From: Chrysomallon squamiferum
Taxonomy: Eukaryota; Animalia; Mollusca
Reading direction: 5' to 3'
Assembly (NCBI GenBank): GCA_012295275.1
Contig: CM022668.1
Coordinates: 5,394,001-5,458,000 of the forward strand
DNA length: 64,000 nt
Part shown: piece by piece, positions 43,075 to 57,400 of the stretch
Position numbering within the stretch: the stretch's first letter is position 1
Layout: every line of letters starts with the position of its first letter
The notes under the pieces: generated by a model
The model's input: the letters and a program-made list of their open reading frames with translations, nothing else
Told to the model about the DNA's origin: nothing
Database searches by the model: none
Made by a program: the position numbers and the translations under genes

Positions 43075-44484
43075 AGTGTCATGCAATGGACTGTCCTGAT
43101 GAAAATTATTAATATAATTGATTCAAAGACAGAATATTTATGCTTGCTATGGCTGTGGACTGGTAGGTAGACGCTTGATAGTCTAATACAATCAGTTATT
43201 GTAAGAGCTCTAGGTTGTTTTCATTTTAATGAGTTAGTAACTGAAGAGAAGTATCGTAAGACGAAACGAAATCGTTTAATAATTCAACATAAAAGTTTAA
43301 TTGTTTTAGAGTCAGTAAGATACAACAATAGTTTTCACTTATGATTATTCATAAATAACATACGTACTTGACTTATACTAGTAGATACTTTTCAAACAAA
43401 TATTTTAAAATAAAATTTATAACTCGATACTGTTTTAACAAGTAACTTACCACATCAGGAAACAATATTTGATTTTTTGTTGTAACAACAACAACAAATA
43501 GACGAGTATTTGATGAACAAAATTTAATTTAGTCAGAAAACTACCAATATTTGGTATATAGTTGGACATAAATTATAAGGAAAATTAATGACTGCTGTCC
43601 ATTTAATTCTTTCTTATGATGATATTGTCAAATATTTTCCCCAGTCACTGTCTGTTAAACAAAACTATACTAAATGCTAAAGCTGTGAAAACATATAATA
43701 TAGATTTTTCTGATCACCCAATTAATTAATTTTGCTGAAACACTTGTATTCCCACAGTGAAAGGAAATATAAACATCAGTTGTTCACATGTATGCCTTAA
43801 TTTAAACTGTGTCTTAAAATCTGTTATTTTCTGTAGTTGTTAATTCAGAATATATCTGTTGTTTTCTAAGCAATTAAAACATACTAAAGTCAGTTCATTG
43901 TGATCCTACAGCAGATAATATCTTCTGTATTAACACCTGCAAAATGCAGCAGCATTCATTTAAATAATAACAAACATTGAAATTTTAACAATACAGTAAG
44001 TTTATACTTTTTATTATACATATATTTTTACAATGAAATAAGTTTTTGGATTTCATTTAAAAGATATAAACATCAGGACAGCAAAAAGAATTGTTATTTT
44101 GGGGGAAATTAATCACTACCAACTGTTTACACTTGTAGATAATACACATTAACAACAAAATAATATAAATATATTTTTTATATATAAAAATAAATAAATA
44201 AAATGTAATAAAAAGACGTTGAGTCATTTTCTAACAACGAACTGTGCATAAGGGTGTTTTACTGTTTAAATTGCTTTATTAATTTGTTGTTTAAAGTTGT
44301 TTTTTGTTTATTTATTTATTTATTTAATTTTTTTTAAATAAGAAAAATGAATACATTTCTGAACTGTTTCTATCTTATTTTTAAAGCAGAGTCATTATAT
44401 ATGATAATTCAAAGGATTTTTGACTATCATAAAGTATGACAAGAAAATTAAAATCTCTTAATGATGCATAATGATGCATACTGT

Positions 44485-44540
<56 letters not shown>

Positions 44541-45966
44541 CAGTAATGGTAATAATAATAATAACAACAACGACAATGATAATAATAACTGGAGTATACA
44601 AAACGTGACGGTAACATTTATTAGGATATTTTAAAGAAACACTATAAAGATGTATTTTTATCTCTGATATATTTTTCTCTTTCGCTGTTTAATGACAGTA
44701 ATTTTAGAATCTTGGAAGTATGTAGTGGATTCAAATTTTGTGCTTTTGAATATAACTGAAAAGCTGTATATATATAAACAAAAAGCTAAAATCTGCGTTT
44801 TATTTAAATTAATTTATTTTATTTTGCATATTCCAGTCATGTATAACTAATTGGATTTAAAGTTTAGGAAATGTTAGACTGGAGTTATTTCCCTTTCGTT
44901 TTTTTCTCGATAGTCGTTCAAAAGCTTAGCTATAGTCTAGATAATTACAAAAAAAAAAAAAAATAATAATAATAATAATAACAATGGCTCTGTAATAAGT
45001 TGCTACATTTATTATTTATTTATTATAATATATTTTCTATCTATCTATCTATCTGAAGTAAATGAAACAAAATTGTGTACATTTTATTTATTATTTTGCT
45101 TGAGAATCAGACGACACCATTACACATTCTTAACACTGGAAAGTACTCAATACACAAATTTACAACACAAATTATTAGTGATAACGTATGTGAATCAGAT
45201 ACGACAAAAATGTTTTATTTTCGTAACATTCGTTGAACGTTTCAGTCTCTGCACACCTAATATAATCTAGAAATTGTTGGAAAATTACTTTATTTAGAAT
45301 TTTTCCTAACTAGTTTGTCTAATCAGTAAGCTTCGACCGATGTCATCCGCTAATAGAATAGAGAACCATTATAAAGACACGTAAATATATAATTATATAT
45401 ATATATCAATTAGTTATCTGTATTCAGTCAAAATAATCAGTTTTAAGCTAATAGTACAATCACGAGTTTATGAGCCATGAACTGTGCATGTGTTCTTCAG
45501 GTAAAACTCTTTACGGTTATGTTCGGTTGTTGCAAACCGGTTTTTATTTGTTATAGTTCGAAACGTACAGTAATACCAACAACGATAAAATAAAGTAATA
45601 CTTAATAAACAAAAATTAATTTAGTCAGTAAATTATCAAGGTTTGGTGTTTCGGTGGATATAAATTATAATGAAAATTAGTGACTGCTGTGTATTTAGTT
45701 AATATGTTGATATTGTCAAATATTTTCCACAGTCACTGTCTGGGAAACAAAAATGTACTAAATGCTAACGCTGTGAAAACATATAATATAGATTTTACTG
45801 ATCACCCAGTTATATAATTTTGCAGAAACACTTGTATTCCACAGTGTGTCAGTGAAAGTAAATATAAAAATCAGTTGTTCCCAGGTGTGACGTAATTTAA
45901 ACTGTTTCTGTATCCTTTTTTCCAGATAAGAACTACATACCCTGTGTCTAATACATAAGAAACAAA

Positions 45967-46744
45967 ATGTCTAACACTTTGCGAATGGATGCAGAGGACG
46001 AGGGAGGTGTTGGTTTCAGATGTGTACTACTTGACGTTGATGGTGACCTGCACAAGGAGGACATTGATTCTCTGAAATTCTTGTGTCGCGACTTTGCTCC
46101 ATTGAGTCGACTGGAACATATAAAGAATGGAACTGAACTGTTCAGCCTTCTTGAGAAAAGAGGCAAACTGAAAGAAACAAAAAAGTGGGTTTTGGCCGAG
46201 ATGTTAAAACGTATTATGAGGTTAGATCTGGTGGAAACTTTACAGGTTGATGAGAAAGAACTGGATAGATATCTGTCCATGTATGGATCACATTTTTCAG
46301 CATACAGAAATCTGCTTCTTGATCTTTCAGATGAAATCGGTGAAGAGGACTTGCATAAGTTGTTGTTTTGTTCTGCAGACATTCCTAGACCAAAGCAACA
46401 AAAGATTCACAGTGTGCTGGATTTTTTTCTCATTCTTGAACAGATGAAACAAATTAGTCCTGAAAATGTTGACATTTTGGAAGGTTCTCTTAAGCAGATA
46501 GGAAGATTAGATTTAGTAGAAAATATAAAGAACTTCAAACAGAAGATGAGTGTAAATACATCTACAGTGGAGCAGTCAGCTGTGATTACAGTTGGAAGGA
46601 CCAATACACCTGAAGAAAAAGTTCAGCATCCAAAACGAAAGATACAAGTAGACTATCCCACTGAGCAAACAAAGCCTGGTAGGACAACAGCAAGTGTTGT
46701 ACCAGAGAATCCTCAACCAACACAAAGTCCTCCTTCAGAACCAG
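45967..46744 (+). CDS. casp8: Tandem death-effector-domain exon of copy C
   Basis: FRCVLLDVDGDLHKEDIDSLKFLC...LKRIMRLDL and YRNLLLDLSDEIGEEDLHKLLFC...LKQIGRLDL are two DEDs, each with the RxDL motif, followed by a P/Q/T-rich linker. Acceptor at 45925, donor at 46745. Confidence 0.92.
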
Positions 46745-47575
46745 GTAAAAAAAAAACTTCTTAAATGACCCAAGAATCATAAAACTGATAACTTAATTTG
46801 TATTGTAACTTTATTTTCGAAAAAGTAGTGTAATAATATTCCTGTAAATGATCAGATTACATTAGTGTTTTTGTAATTTGTTCTCAAGGATTTCCATATT
46901 TTAACTTATCTTATTAGTTCTATCAATTGTTTAAACTTTTCTATTATTTGTTATGCCTTCAACAATTTCATCATTACTAATAAACAAAATAATACCACAA
47001 TAAAATGGAAAATGTCAACATCTATAATTAATCAGTGTAATTACTTTTATTCAAATACTTTATTATTAGCAAACATTTATCACCAATAAACTAATAACAT
47101 CAGTAATTTATAAATATGTATTAATACTTTTTGTTTGCATTTCAAAATATTCAGTTTATATTGAAATGCTTACTTTTACTTCCTTGTATTAATTAAGTTT
47201 CTTATTTTTAATTTTTCTTCAGTGTTATGTGTAAATTTGTAGATCTGTATTTAAGTAGTGATTCCCTGGTTTCCTTTTTGAATTAAACAATTAATCTTTT
47301 TGACATGTATACCAACAATATTTTTACTTACATAGAACATTCTACTTACAAAGATCAGGGACTGTCTTCAGTTATCTCTTTCTTTTTCTTTTTCTTTCTT
47401 TAATTAATTATTTGTCTATTTATCTATTACATTTTGTTCATTATTCATTCATTGATTCATTAATCATCATTATAATTATTATCATGATCATCATTGTATT
47501 ATTATTATTTTATCATATTTTTATGTTTATGTTAAATTTCTTATTTATTCATTATTGTTTGATTCATTTCTCATA

Positions 47576-47606
<31 letters not shown>

Positions 47607-50411
47607 TTTTCAGCTATACCTGATACTGTAATCCATGATATTGCTCTGCATATATCAAACACGCAGTTCTTTGCCCTTGGAACCCAGTTGAATATTCCTG
47701 ACTTAACACTACAAAATTTGAGTCGGTATTACCATTCACCTCACGACAGAAATACTAACATGATCAAACTGTGGCTCCAAATGATAAATAGCACTCATGA
47801 TAGAAAAAAGATAATAAGAGATTTGTCCAACGCCATGAGGAACTGTGAAATGACACAAATAGCAGCAATGTTGGAAAACATTTTGGAAGGTAATGTTTTA
47901 GTTTGAAATAAATCAGCACTCTGAAAACACAAAACAGTTGGCAAATATTCTACAGTTCAGAGAGTGAAAAGTTCAATTTATTTCAGTGTCATTACCATTA
48001 TCCCTCAAGAGGTTATCACAAAATTTCATTCACCAGTAACTAAATGTTTTTATGATTTTACGTTTCTAGTTACATTTTATGTTTATATATCATTGTGTGT
48101 GTCTGTGTGTATATGTGTGTGATTTTTATTGATTTCTAAAGTTTTATCTTCTGTATATTTTTAATGAACATTTTTCGTTTCAGATCATGACATCAACACA
48201 AGAGAGCAAAGGACACATGAAGCTGACATAATAGGTAATTTTCCATTTTATAAATTATTCGTACCTTTTGGACATTTTTTCTAATAATTTGTGACTTTGT
48301 TACTTTTTAAACAATGTTTTCACTTACATGGAACATTCTACTTCCAAAAATCAGCAATTTTCTTTCTTTTTCTTTTTTCTGTTTGTCTATTTATTTACTA
48401 CATTTTGTTCTTTAATCATTCATTCATCATCATAATATTATTATTATTATTATTATATTTGTTTATTTTTTATGTTTTCTTTATTATTCGTAATTTCAAT
48501 CCTTTTTCATATATTTTTTTCATTTTAACTCTTTTCAGAGAGAGTGAAATAGTTAATCTATTTCAGAGTCATTACCAAAATTCCGTCTGCTGTTTTTATT
48601 TTTTATGAAAATATTTTGTTTTCAGATCCTGAGATCAGCATTAGAGAACCAGGAGCAGATGAAGCTACCACAACAGGTAAATATACATTTTATTAATTTT
48701 AAATTGCTTTTGGACAGCATTTTTTTCTAATTAATATCAGAATAAAAAGATATTTGTGACTTTGTTACTTTTTAAACAGTCAGTATAAATGTGTTTAAAT
48801 CCAATTAATTGTTTTTTCAGTCTAATTACTTTTATTCAAATACTATGTTATTAGCAAACATTTATCCCAGTAAACTGATAAAATCAGTAATTTATATATA
48901 TGTACACAAAATGTATTTAAACTATTTGTTTGTATGTGTGTGTGTGTTTGTGTGTGTGTGTATGTGTGTGTGTGTGTGTGTGTGTGTAATTTTTATTTAT
49001 GTTGAAAGTTCCATCTACTGTTTTTATTTTTTATGAAAATATGTTTCAGATCCTGAGATCAGCATAAGAGAACAAAGGACACATGAAGCTAACAGAATAG
49101 GTAATTATACATTTTATAAATTTTTCATTGCTTTTAGAGAAATTTATTTTTCTAATAATGAAGTACAGAATAAGAACATATTTGAGATTTTGTTGCTTTT
49201 TAAATAGAAAGTATAAATCTGTTTACTTCCAACTGATTGTATTATTTGTGTTTGGAGGCCAAACTTTTCTAATTACAACATACGAGAAACTTTGTATTAC
49301 CACAGGTCAAGTAAACAAAAAAATTTAACAGGAATTTAATCTGACCATACTACTGACATGTAATATTGCTAATCAACAACGCTTGAATTTAATAATAAAG
49401 GTCATTTATTTCTGGTACTTTTTTCATATGGCTTGAAGAAAAAAAAGTGACCTTAGATCTGGTACCATCATGTATTTTATTTATATTTTTTGAAAGAACA
49501 ACAAGAAATAATTCACCTGCATAGTTCTACTCTTTGTTATTTTATCATTTTCTATTATTATTAGCAAATAATTGACATCGCAAAAGAAATAAAGAAATAA
49601 GATTAAGCTGCATATATTTTAATTTTATAGCAGAACTTACTCTGAGTTGTGTTACATATTTTTTAGTTTTTAATTTTTCAATTATTTATTAAAAATCACC
49701 AGCAAATCAGATTCCAAACGTGGAAGAGCAGTTAGAAACAACTGATGTAGATCAGTGTCTCGTCCTCTACTACAAAATGGATGCTAATCCTCGAGGTATA
49801 ATAAATTGTTTACTAATTTGGAATCAGCAGGACATTTTTAATAACAGTATTAGATTTGGTACAAACAATATAGGTGAGAGGTATTCATTCATTTTTTTTA
49901 TGCCTTTGTGATTTGTTTGGTGCTGTTTATGCAGACTGCACTGGCAGAGATCGGAATTCTCCAGGTGTAAGTCATGTTTCCTTGTTCTTACTCGAGCTAC
50001 TATATCTTGATGAGTGATTCATAAACACAGACCTAGTCTGGGCTCTCCACATTCATATCACTGTATCTGTCCCTCATTCTTTCTGTCTGTTTCTCTTTGT
50101 CTGTCACCCTTAAATATATGTGTTTTTTTTCTGTTTTATTCTAGGAATATGTGTAATAATCAACAATAGAGGTTTTGAGAAGGATCGAGTGAAGCCAGAA
50201 GCTAAAGATTTGCCAGATAGAGATGGAACTGATGTAGATGCTGGTAAGTTTTACTTTGAAAGAGAATAGCAGCCCCCAGCACAACAACAATTATAGTAAT
50301 AATTAAAATAACAGCATTAGTAACAATAACAATAATAATAATAATTATAATAAAAATAGTTTTAACAGCAAATAATAATAAGATAGTGATTGTAATAAAA
50401 ACACCACCACC

Positions 50412-50456
<45 letters not shown>

Positions 50457-53054
50457 AATAATAATAATAATAATAATAATGAAAGTTTGTTTATGTATGG
50501 CATGTAGCTCTCATTTTCTCTCTCTGTCGCTTTCTCTGACTCATTTGTAGTGTTTTGTTGATGAAATTCATTCAATATTTAGATATATGTAGAGATATTT
50601 ATTCACTTACATGATCATGTGCCATTTTTTCACGTTTCAGAATATTAATTTATGTGATAAACGAAAACAATGCTCAAACACCATCTATTATAAAAATAAT
50701 TTGTTTTTTGGTTCATACCCAACATACACGTACACAAATCAATATTACATACCTAGTATTAAAATATATAAATAAGTTTTATTTCTAGTTAAGCTGAAAG
50801 AAACTTTTGAGAATCTTCAATTCATCATCCAATATGAAGAAAATCTGTCTGACAGTGACATGGTTCAGACTGTAAATCAGCTGGCTTTGTCTGATCACAG
50901 TGACTATGACTGTTTTGTGTGTTGTATTTTGTCACATGGAACTGAAGGTGCAATATACGGAAGTAACGGTTGTCTTGTAAAGATCAGAGATTTGACTGCA
51001 CCATTTAGAACTCAGTCATGTCCAACACTGAGTGGGAAACCAAGGTTGTTTTTCATACAGGCTTGTCAGGGTGAAGAAGAACAAAAAGGTATGTATGGCA
51101 GCTGTTAAAAATAATTCCTCAAAACTACATATATGATTATCTGTTGTATTTACATAATTTAGTCACATACATGTTAAATTTTGTGGCCTAATTCTGTGCA
51201 AATTGCCATCTCGTATTTAGTATATGAGAAATATGTTTTGGGGATGAAGACTTTGCTACGAGTTTATACTGACTGGCCATAAATGATATATTTTGAATGT
51301 TTTTTTTTTTGTTTATTTGCTGTGTAATACTTGATATATAGTTACAAATATCTATATGGGTTTTGGTATGAGTTTATATTTTCTAGGATTAATATTTTTA
51401 AAATATCAGAACTCGATTTCTGATATATCTATTTACAGGACATGATACCCAGACAGATGGTGATATTGACATGGATGTTCAGCAGGAAGAAACAATCCCA
51501 AATGAAGCAGATTTTTTGTTAGGATATGCCACAGTACCAGGTTTTATGTCTTACAGATCAACATCGGCTGGATCCTGGTACATCAGAAAACTGACAGAAA
51601 TTTTAAATAAATGTGCTAAAAAGTAAGTAAATGAATTTTATGACTGTATAAAATCTAAAGAGGAAACTTAAGAATCAGCTTGAAGATTACAACTAATGTA
51701 TTCTTGCAGAAATGACATATAATGCAGAAACATGGACACAAACAAGACAGACAAAGAACAAACTAACAACCAGACAAAATAATTGTTAAACATCACATTA
51801 TGACCAAAGAACAACTCACCTGTATAAGATAAAACAAAAGTCGTAGATATCACTGATCAGGTTAGAAGCAGAACACAAGAGCTGACTGATGATGATGAAA
51901 TTTTAATAATAAACATTCAGGATTGTATGAAATTTTAAGTGGAAGCTTAGGAATCTGCGTGAAGAAGTACGTTTACAAATTAAACTAGTAACCACAGAAA
52001 CATGAATGAAAATAATTGTTAAACATCACATGATGACCAAACCAGGAAACTTCTGGTTCAAAGAGAAACCAAAGGTTTTACATACAAGTGATCAGGTAAA
52101 AAGCAGAATACAGCAGCTGAAAGATGATGAAATTTTAAAAAAGAAACAAATATTTTTTAAACTGTATTGAGTTAATCTGAGTCTTGTGACATCACTGAAA
52201 TGTTGTCTTGAGGATTATTTTATCAGTGTCAAAAAAGAGGATCATCTACCTGTTCAGGAGATAAAGATATGCAGTTTACAAATTACTTTTATGATGACAA
52301 TGTTGACTGCTCTTTTGGAAATAAATGGCAGGATCAAACACCTTTTAGTACTGTTTATGTTTACATATTTTCAACATTTGCAAATTTATAATAACAATAA
52401 AAACAGTGGCGTAAGATGTTTTGCTGTGACTTTGGTACTGTTCTTTGTGATCTTGACTAAATGTTTTGCATTGATGTTTCGTGATGTCACACGTTGTTAA
52501 CTAACACTGTTAGCTGGATGATGATGATTTTTCTAGGCAGAACAAATTGATTACTATAATAAAAATTGTCACAATTCTTTTAGAATTCATACACAATATA
52601 TATATTTATATTACACATACCTTAGAAACATGTGTTACATATGTTATTGTATTTTAGTTAGAAGCTCCCAAGGACTGTTCCTTTGTCATCTTGTTAACTA
52701 AGATGGACAAGAAATCATTTTCATTCTCCTTTCAGATCTTTTAACAAATTAAACAAAACAATGGAACTGGGACATACATACAGATCTGTCTGTTTGTCTG
52801 TCTATCTAGCTAGCTATCTAGTTATCTATATCTATCTATCTGTATATATATAAAAAAATTCCTCATATTTCTGTTTGTTATTAAAATATTACTATCTATT
52901 ACTTTTTAAAAATTTATATTCATTTTATTAATTTTTCAGAGAGGACGTCTTCAGTTTGCTGACGTTAGTAAATTATGAAGTAGGTAAAGAAGACATCGAA
53001 TTCGAAGATGAGCTGTGGAAGATATTCAATCACCATCATATTTCAGCTCATTAA
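45967..53054 (+). CDS. casp8: Caspase-8-like paralogue C: DED-DED-death domain-linker repeats-caspase, about 665 aa as assembled
   Basis: Exons 45967-46744, 47614-47889, 48184-48234, 48626-48676, 49050-49100, 49703-49795, 50145-50243, 50789-51088, 51439-51622 and 52940-53054 sum to 1998 nt in one open frame. ILSHG and QACQG are intact. The last exon is disturbed after ELWK. Confidence 0.88.
47614..47889 (+). CDS. Death-domain-like exon of copy C
   Basis: 276-nt phase 1-1 exon, IPDTVIHDIALHISNTQFFALGTQLNIPDLTLQNLSRYYHSPHDRNTNMIKLWLQM...IIRDLSNAMRNCEMTQIAAMLE. It shows the six-helix DD pattern LG..L.I...I/L, M...W and L..A(L/M)......IA..L. Confidence 0.75.
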
Positions 53055-53452
53055 ATAATTTAAAGTATATAAAGGAAGAAGCATTTGATATTCAAGTGAA
53101 GCAGAACTTTTGTTTATTTGCAGTTGATGTTTTCCACAGTTAAAGCAATATTATTTCAGAATAAATTATTGACATTTTTTTTACACATCCTGTCTATTTG
53201 TGCTAACATAAACGAGCTGTATGAACTGAAGTAAGTAAGGAAAAAAAGTAAGAAAAAACCCATCTTTAAATAAATTCTATATACATGAAAGAAAAAGCAG
53301 CTTACTTGGTATATGCTTGTTACATTTGATTTTTATTTATTTATATCTATATTTACTCATCATAAATAGTTAAAATACAAGCAATATATTTCAGTATCAA
53401 TAAAATATTCGTTGTTTGTTTTGCATCACAGACTAAATTAATTCTGTAAACT

Positions 53453-53652
53453 NNNNNNNNNNNNNNNNNNNNNNNNNNNNNNNNNNNNNNNNNNNNNNNN
53501 NNNNNNNNNNNNNNNNNNNNNNNNNNNNNNNNNNNNNNNNNNNNNNNNNNNNNNNNNNNNNNNNNNNNNNNNNNNNNNNNNNNNNNNNNNNNNNNNNNNN
53601 NNNNNNNNNNNNNNNNNNNNNNNNNNNNNNNNNNNNNNNNNNNNNNNNNNNN
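53453..53652. other. Assembly gap (200 N)
   Basis: Run of N. True size unknown, and the 5-prime part of copy D is missing here. Confidence 0.99.
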
Positions 53653-53696
53653 GTTCAGTTGCATGTGTATCTTTATGATTTTATGTCTCTAGTTAT

Positions 53697-53733
<37 letters not shown>

Positions 53734-54117
53734 TATTTTTATATATGTCTAAAGAACAGGTAATCATACATTTTGTAAACTTTTCATTCCTTTTGGACAA
53801 CATTTGTTTTCTAATAAAGAAGTTGAGAATAAGAAGACATTTGAGACTTTGTTACTTTTTAAAGAGGATAAATCTGTTTTATCAGTGTAGTTACTTTTAT
53901 TCAAATACTATGTTATTAGCTAACATTTGTCATCAATAAACTGATAAATCAGTAATTTATAAATATGTATGTAAACTGTTTGTACACTTTATGTTTGCAT
54001 TTATGCAAGTGTTTGTTTGAGAGTGTGTGTTTGAGTGTTTGTTTATTTGTGTTTCTGTGTGTGTGTGATTTTTATTTATGTCTAAAATTCCATCTGCTTT
54101 TTGTATAGTTTATGTAG

Positions 54118-54381
54118 TCTGCAAGATACGTGTAAGGATGCTTGAAGCTATCAGATCAGGTATTTATACATTTTATTAATTTTTCATTGCTTTTAGAGAA
54201 ATTTATTTTTCTAATAATGAAGTATAGAATAACAAGATATTTGAGATTGTTACTTTTTAAACAATGTTTTCACTTTCATGGAACATTCTACTTCAAAAAT
54301 CATCAATTTTCTTACTTTTTATTTTTTCTGTTTCTCTATTTATTTGCTACATTTTGTTATTTATTCATTCATTCATCATCA

Positions 54382-54438
<57 letters not shown>

Positions 54439-57400
54439 TTGTTTATTTATTAAATTTCCTTAATTATTCGTAATTTCAATCCTTTTTCATATATATTTTT
54501 TTCATTTTAACTCTTTTTTCAGAGGGTGAAATAGTTAAACTATTTCAGAGTCATTACCAAAATTTCATCTGCTGTTTTTATTTTTTATGAAAATATTTTG
54601 GTTTCAGATCCTGAGATCAGCATAAGAGAACAAAGGGCACATGAAGCTAACAGAACAGGTAAATACACATTTCATTAATTTTTCATTGCTTTTAGATATA
54701 TTTGTTTTTCTAATAATGAAGTACCGGATAAGAATATATTTGAGACATGTAATATTGCCAGTCAACAGCAGTTCAATTTAATAATAAATTTAATAATTTC
54801 TGGTACTTTTTCCATATGGCTTGAAGAAAAAAATAAATGTGACCTTAGATCTGGTACTATCTTGTATTTTATTTCTATTTTTTGAAAGAACAAGAAATGA
54901 TTCACCTGCATAGTTCTACTCTTTGTTATTTTATCAGTTTACGTTATTATTAGCAAATAACTGACATTGCAAAACAAATAAAGAAATCAGATTAAGCTGC
55001 ACATATTTTAATTTTATAACAGAACTTACTTTGAGTTGTGTTACTTATTTATTAATTTTTAATTTTTTAATTATTTATTGAAAATCACCAGCGAATCAAA
55101 TTCCAAATGTGGAACAGCAGTTAGAAAGAAATGATGTAGATCAGGGTCCTTTCCGCTACTACAAAATGGATGCTATTCCTCGAGGTATATTTTCAAATAA
55201 ATATTTTACTAATTTGGGATCAGCAGGAACAGGTCTCTTTAATAACAGTATTAGATTTGGTACAAACAATATAGGTGAGAGGTATATGTCACAGAAGCAT
55301 ATACATTCATTTTTGTTTATGCCTTTGTGATTTGTTTGGTGATGTTTACGCAGACCTGTACTGCTAGAGTTTTGAATTCCCCAGTGTACAAGTCATGATT
55401 CCCTCCTCTTATTCCACCTAATGTATTCTGATGAGTGATTCTTAAACACAGACAGAATGGGTTCTCCATGTACATATCACTCATTCTTTCTCTCTGCTTC
55501 TGTCTGTCTATCTCCCTTATATTTATACTTTATATTTCCATTAAATGTATGTTTTTTTCTTCTGTTTTATTCTAGGAATATGCTTAATAATCAACAATAG
55601 AGATTTTCAGAAAGATTCAGTGGAGCCAGAAGCTAAAATGTTGCAAAATAGAGAGGGAACTGATGTAGATGGAGGTAGCTTTTACTTTGAAAGAGAATAG
55701 CAGTAACAACAACAACAACAATAGTAATAATAAAAATAACAGCATCAGTAACAATAACAGTAATAATAATATTGGTAATAAAATTAATTCTAATGACAAA
55801 TAATTATAAGATAGTAATTGTAATAAAAGTAATAACAATGGTAATGTAGGTTTGTTTACATATGGCAAGTATCTTTATCTCTCTCTTATACATAGTGTTT
55901 TTGAAATGAAATCCATACAATATTTAGATATTTATAGATAGATTTATTCATTTCCATAATTAATTATGTCCCATTTTTTCACCTTTCAAAATATGTATAA
56001 AGGAGATCAATGCTCAAACACCATCTATTAAAAAATAATTATTTTTGTTGTTCAAACCCAACATACACATACACACACATCAAAATTACATACCTAGTTT
56101 AAAAATATGTAAATAAATTTTATTTCTAGTTAAGCTGAAAGAAAGTTTTGAGAAACTTCAATTCAGCATCCAATACAGAGAAAATCTGTCCGACACTGAC
56201 ATAGTTCAGCTTGTAAATCAGCTGGCTTTGTCTGATCACAGTGACTATGACTGTTTTGTGTGTTGTATTTTGTCACATGGAACTGAAGGTGCAATATACG
56301 GAAGTAATGGTTGTCTTGTAAAGACCAGAGACTTGACTGAACCATTTAGACCTCAGTCATGTCCAACACTGAGTGGGAAACCAAAGTTGTTTTTTATGCA
56401 GACTTGTCAGGGGAAGGAAAAACAACTAGGTATGTATGGCAGCTGTTAAAAATAATTTCTCAAAACTACATATATGATTTTCTGTTGTATTTAGACACAT
56501 ACATATTATACTGTGTGGCCTAAATCTGTGAAAATTCCCATGTCATTCTTTAATACATGAGAAAGACATTTTTGGGTTTAAGAATTTGCTACAAATTTAT
56601 ACTGACATTGTCCACAAATGATAACATTTTTGTGTTTATTTGCTCTAAAATACTTCATGTATAGTTACAAATATCTGTATTGATTTTGGTATGAGTTTGT
56701 TTCCAATTAGGATTAATATTTTTTAAATATCAGAACTTGATTTCTGATACATCTATTTACAGGACATGATACACAGATAGACAGTGATATTGAAATGGAT
56801 GTTCAGCGGGAAGAAACAGCGGGAAGAAGGAACAAACCCACAGGCAGAAACAATCCCAAATGAAGCAGATTTTCTGTTAGGATATGCCACAGTACCAGGT
56901 TTTGTGTCTTACAGATTAACATCAGCTGGATCCTGGTACATCACAAAACTGACAGAAATTTTAAATAAATATGCTAAAAAGTAAGTAAATGAATTTTATA
57001 ATTGTATAAAATTTTAAGGGTAAACTTAAGAATCAGCTTGAAGATTACAACTAATGTATTCTAGCAGAAATGACATATAATGCAGAAACATGGACAAAAC
57101 AAGACAGACAAAGAACAAACTAACAACCAGACAAAATAATTGTTAAACATCACATCATGACCAAAAACCAACTCACCTGTATAAGATAAAACAAAAGTCG
57201 TAGATATGACTGATCAGGTTAGAAACAGAACACAACAGCTGACCGATGATGATGAAATTTTGAAAAGAAACAAATATTTTTTAATCTATATTGCTTTAGT
57301 CTCAGTCTTGTGACATCACTGAAATGTTGTCTTGAGGATTATTTTATCAGTGTAAAAAAGAGGATCATCTACCTGTTCAGCAGATGAAGATATGCAGTTT

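Noticed and set aside
45948-46780. Minus-strand ORFs overlapping the DED exon
   Set aside because: They are antisense shadows of a genuine + strand exon.
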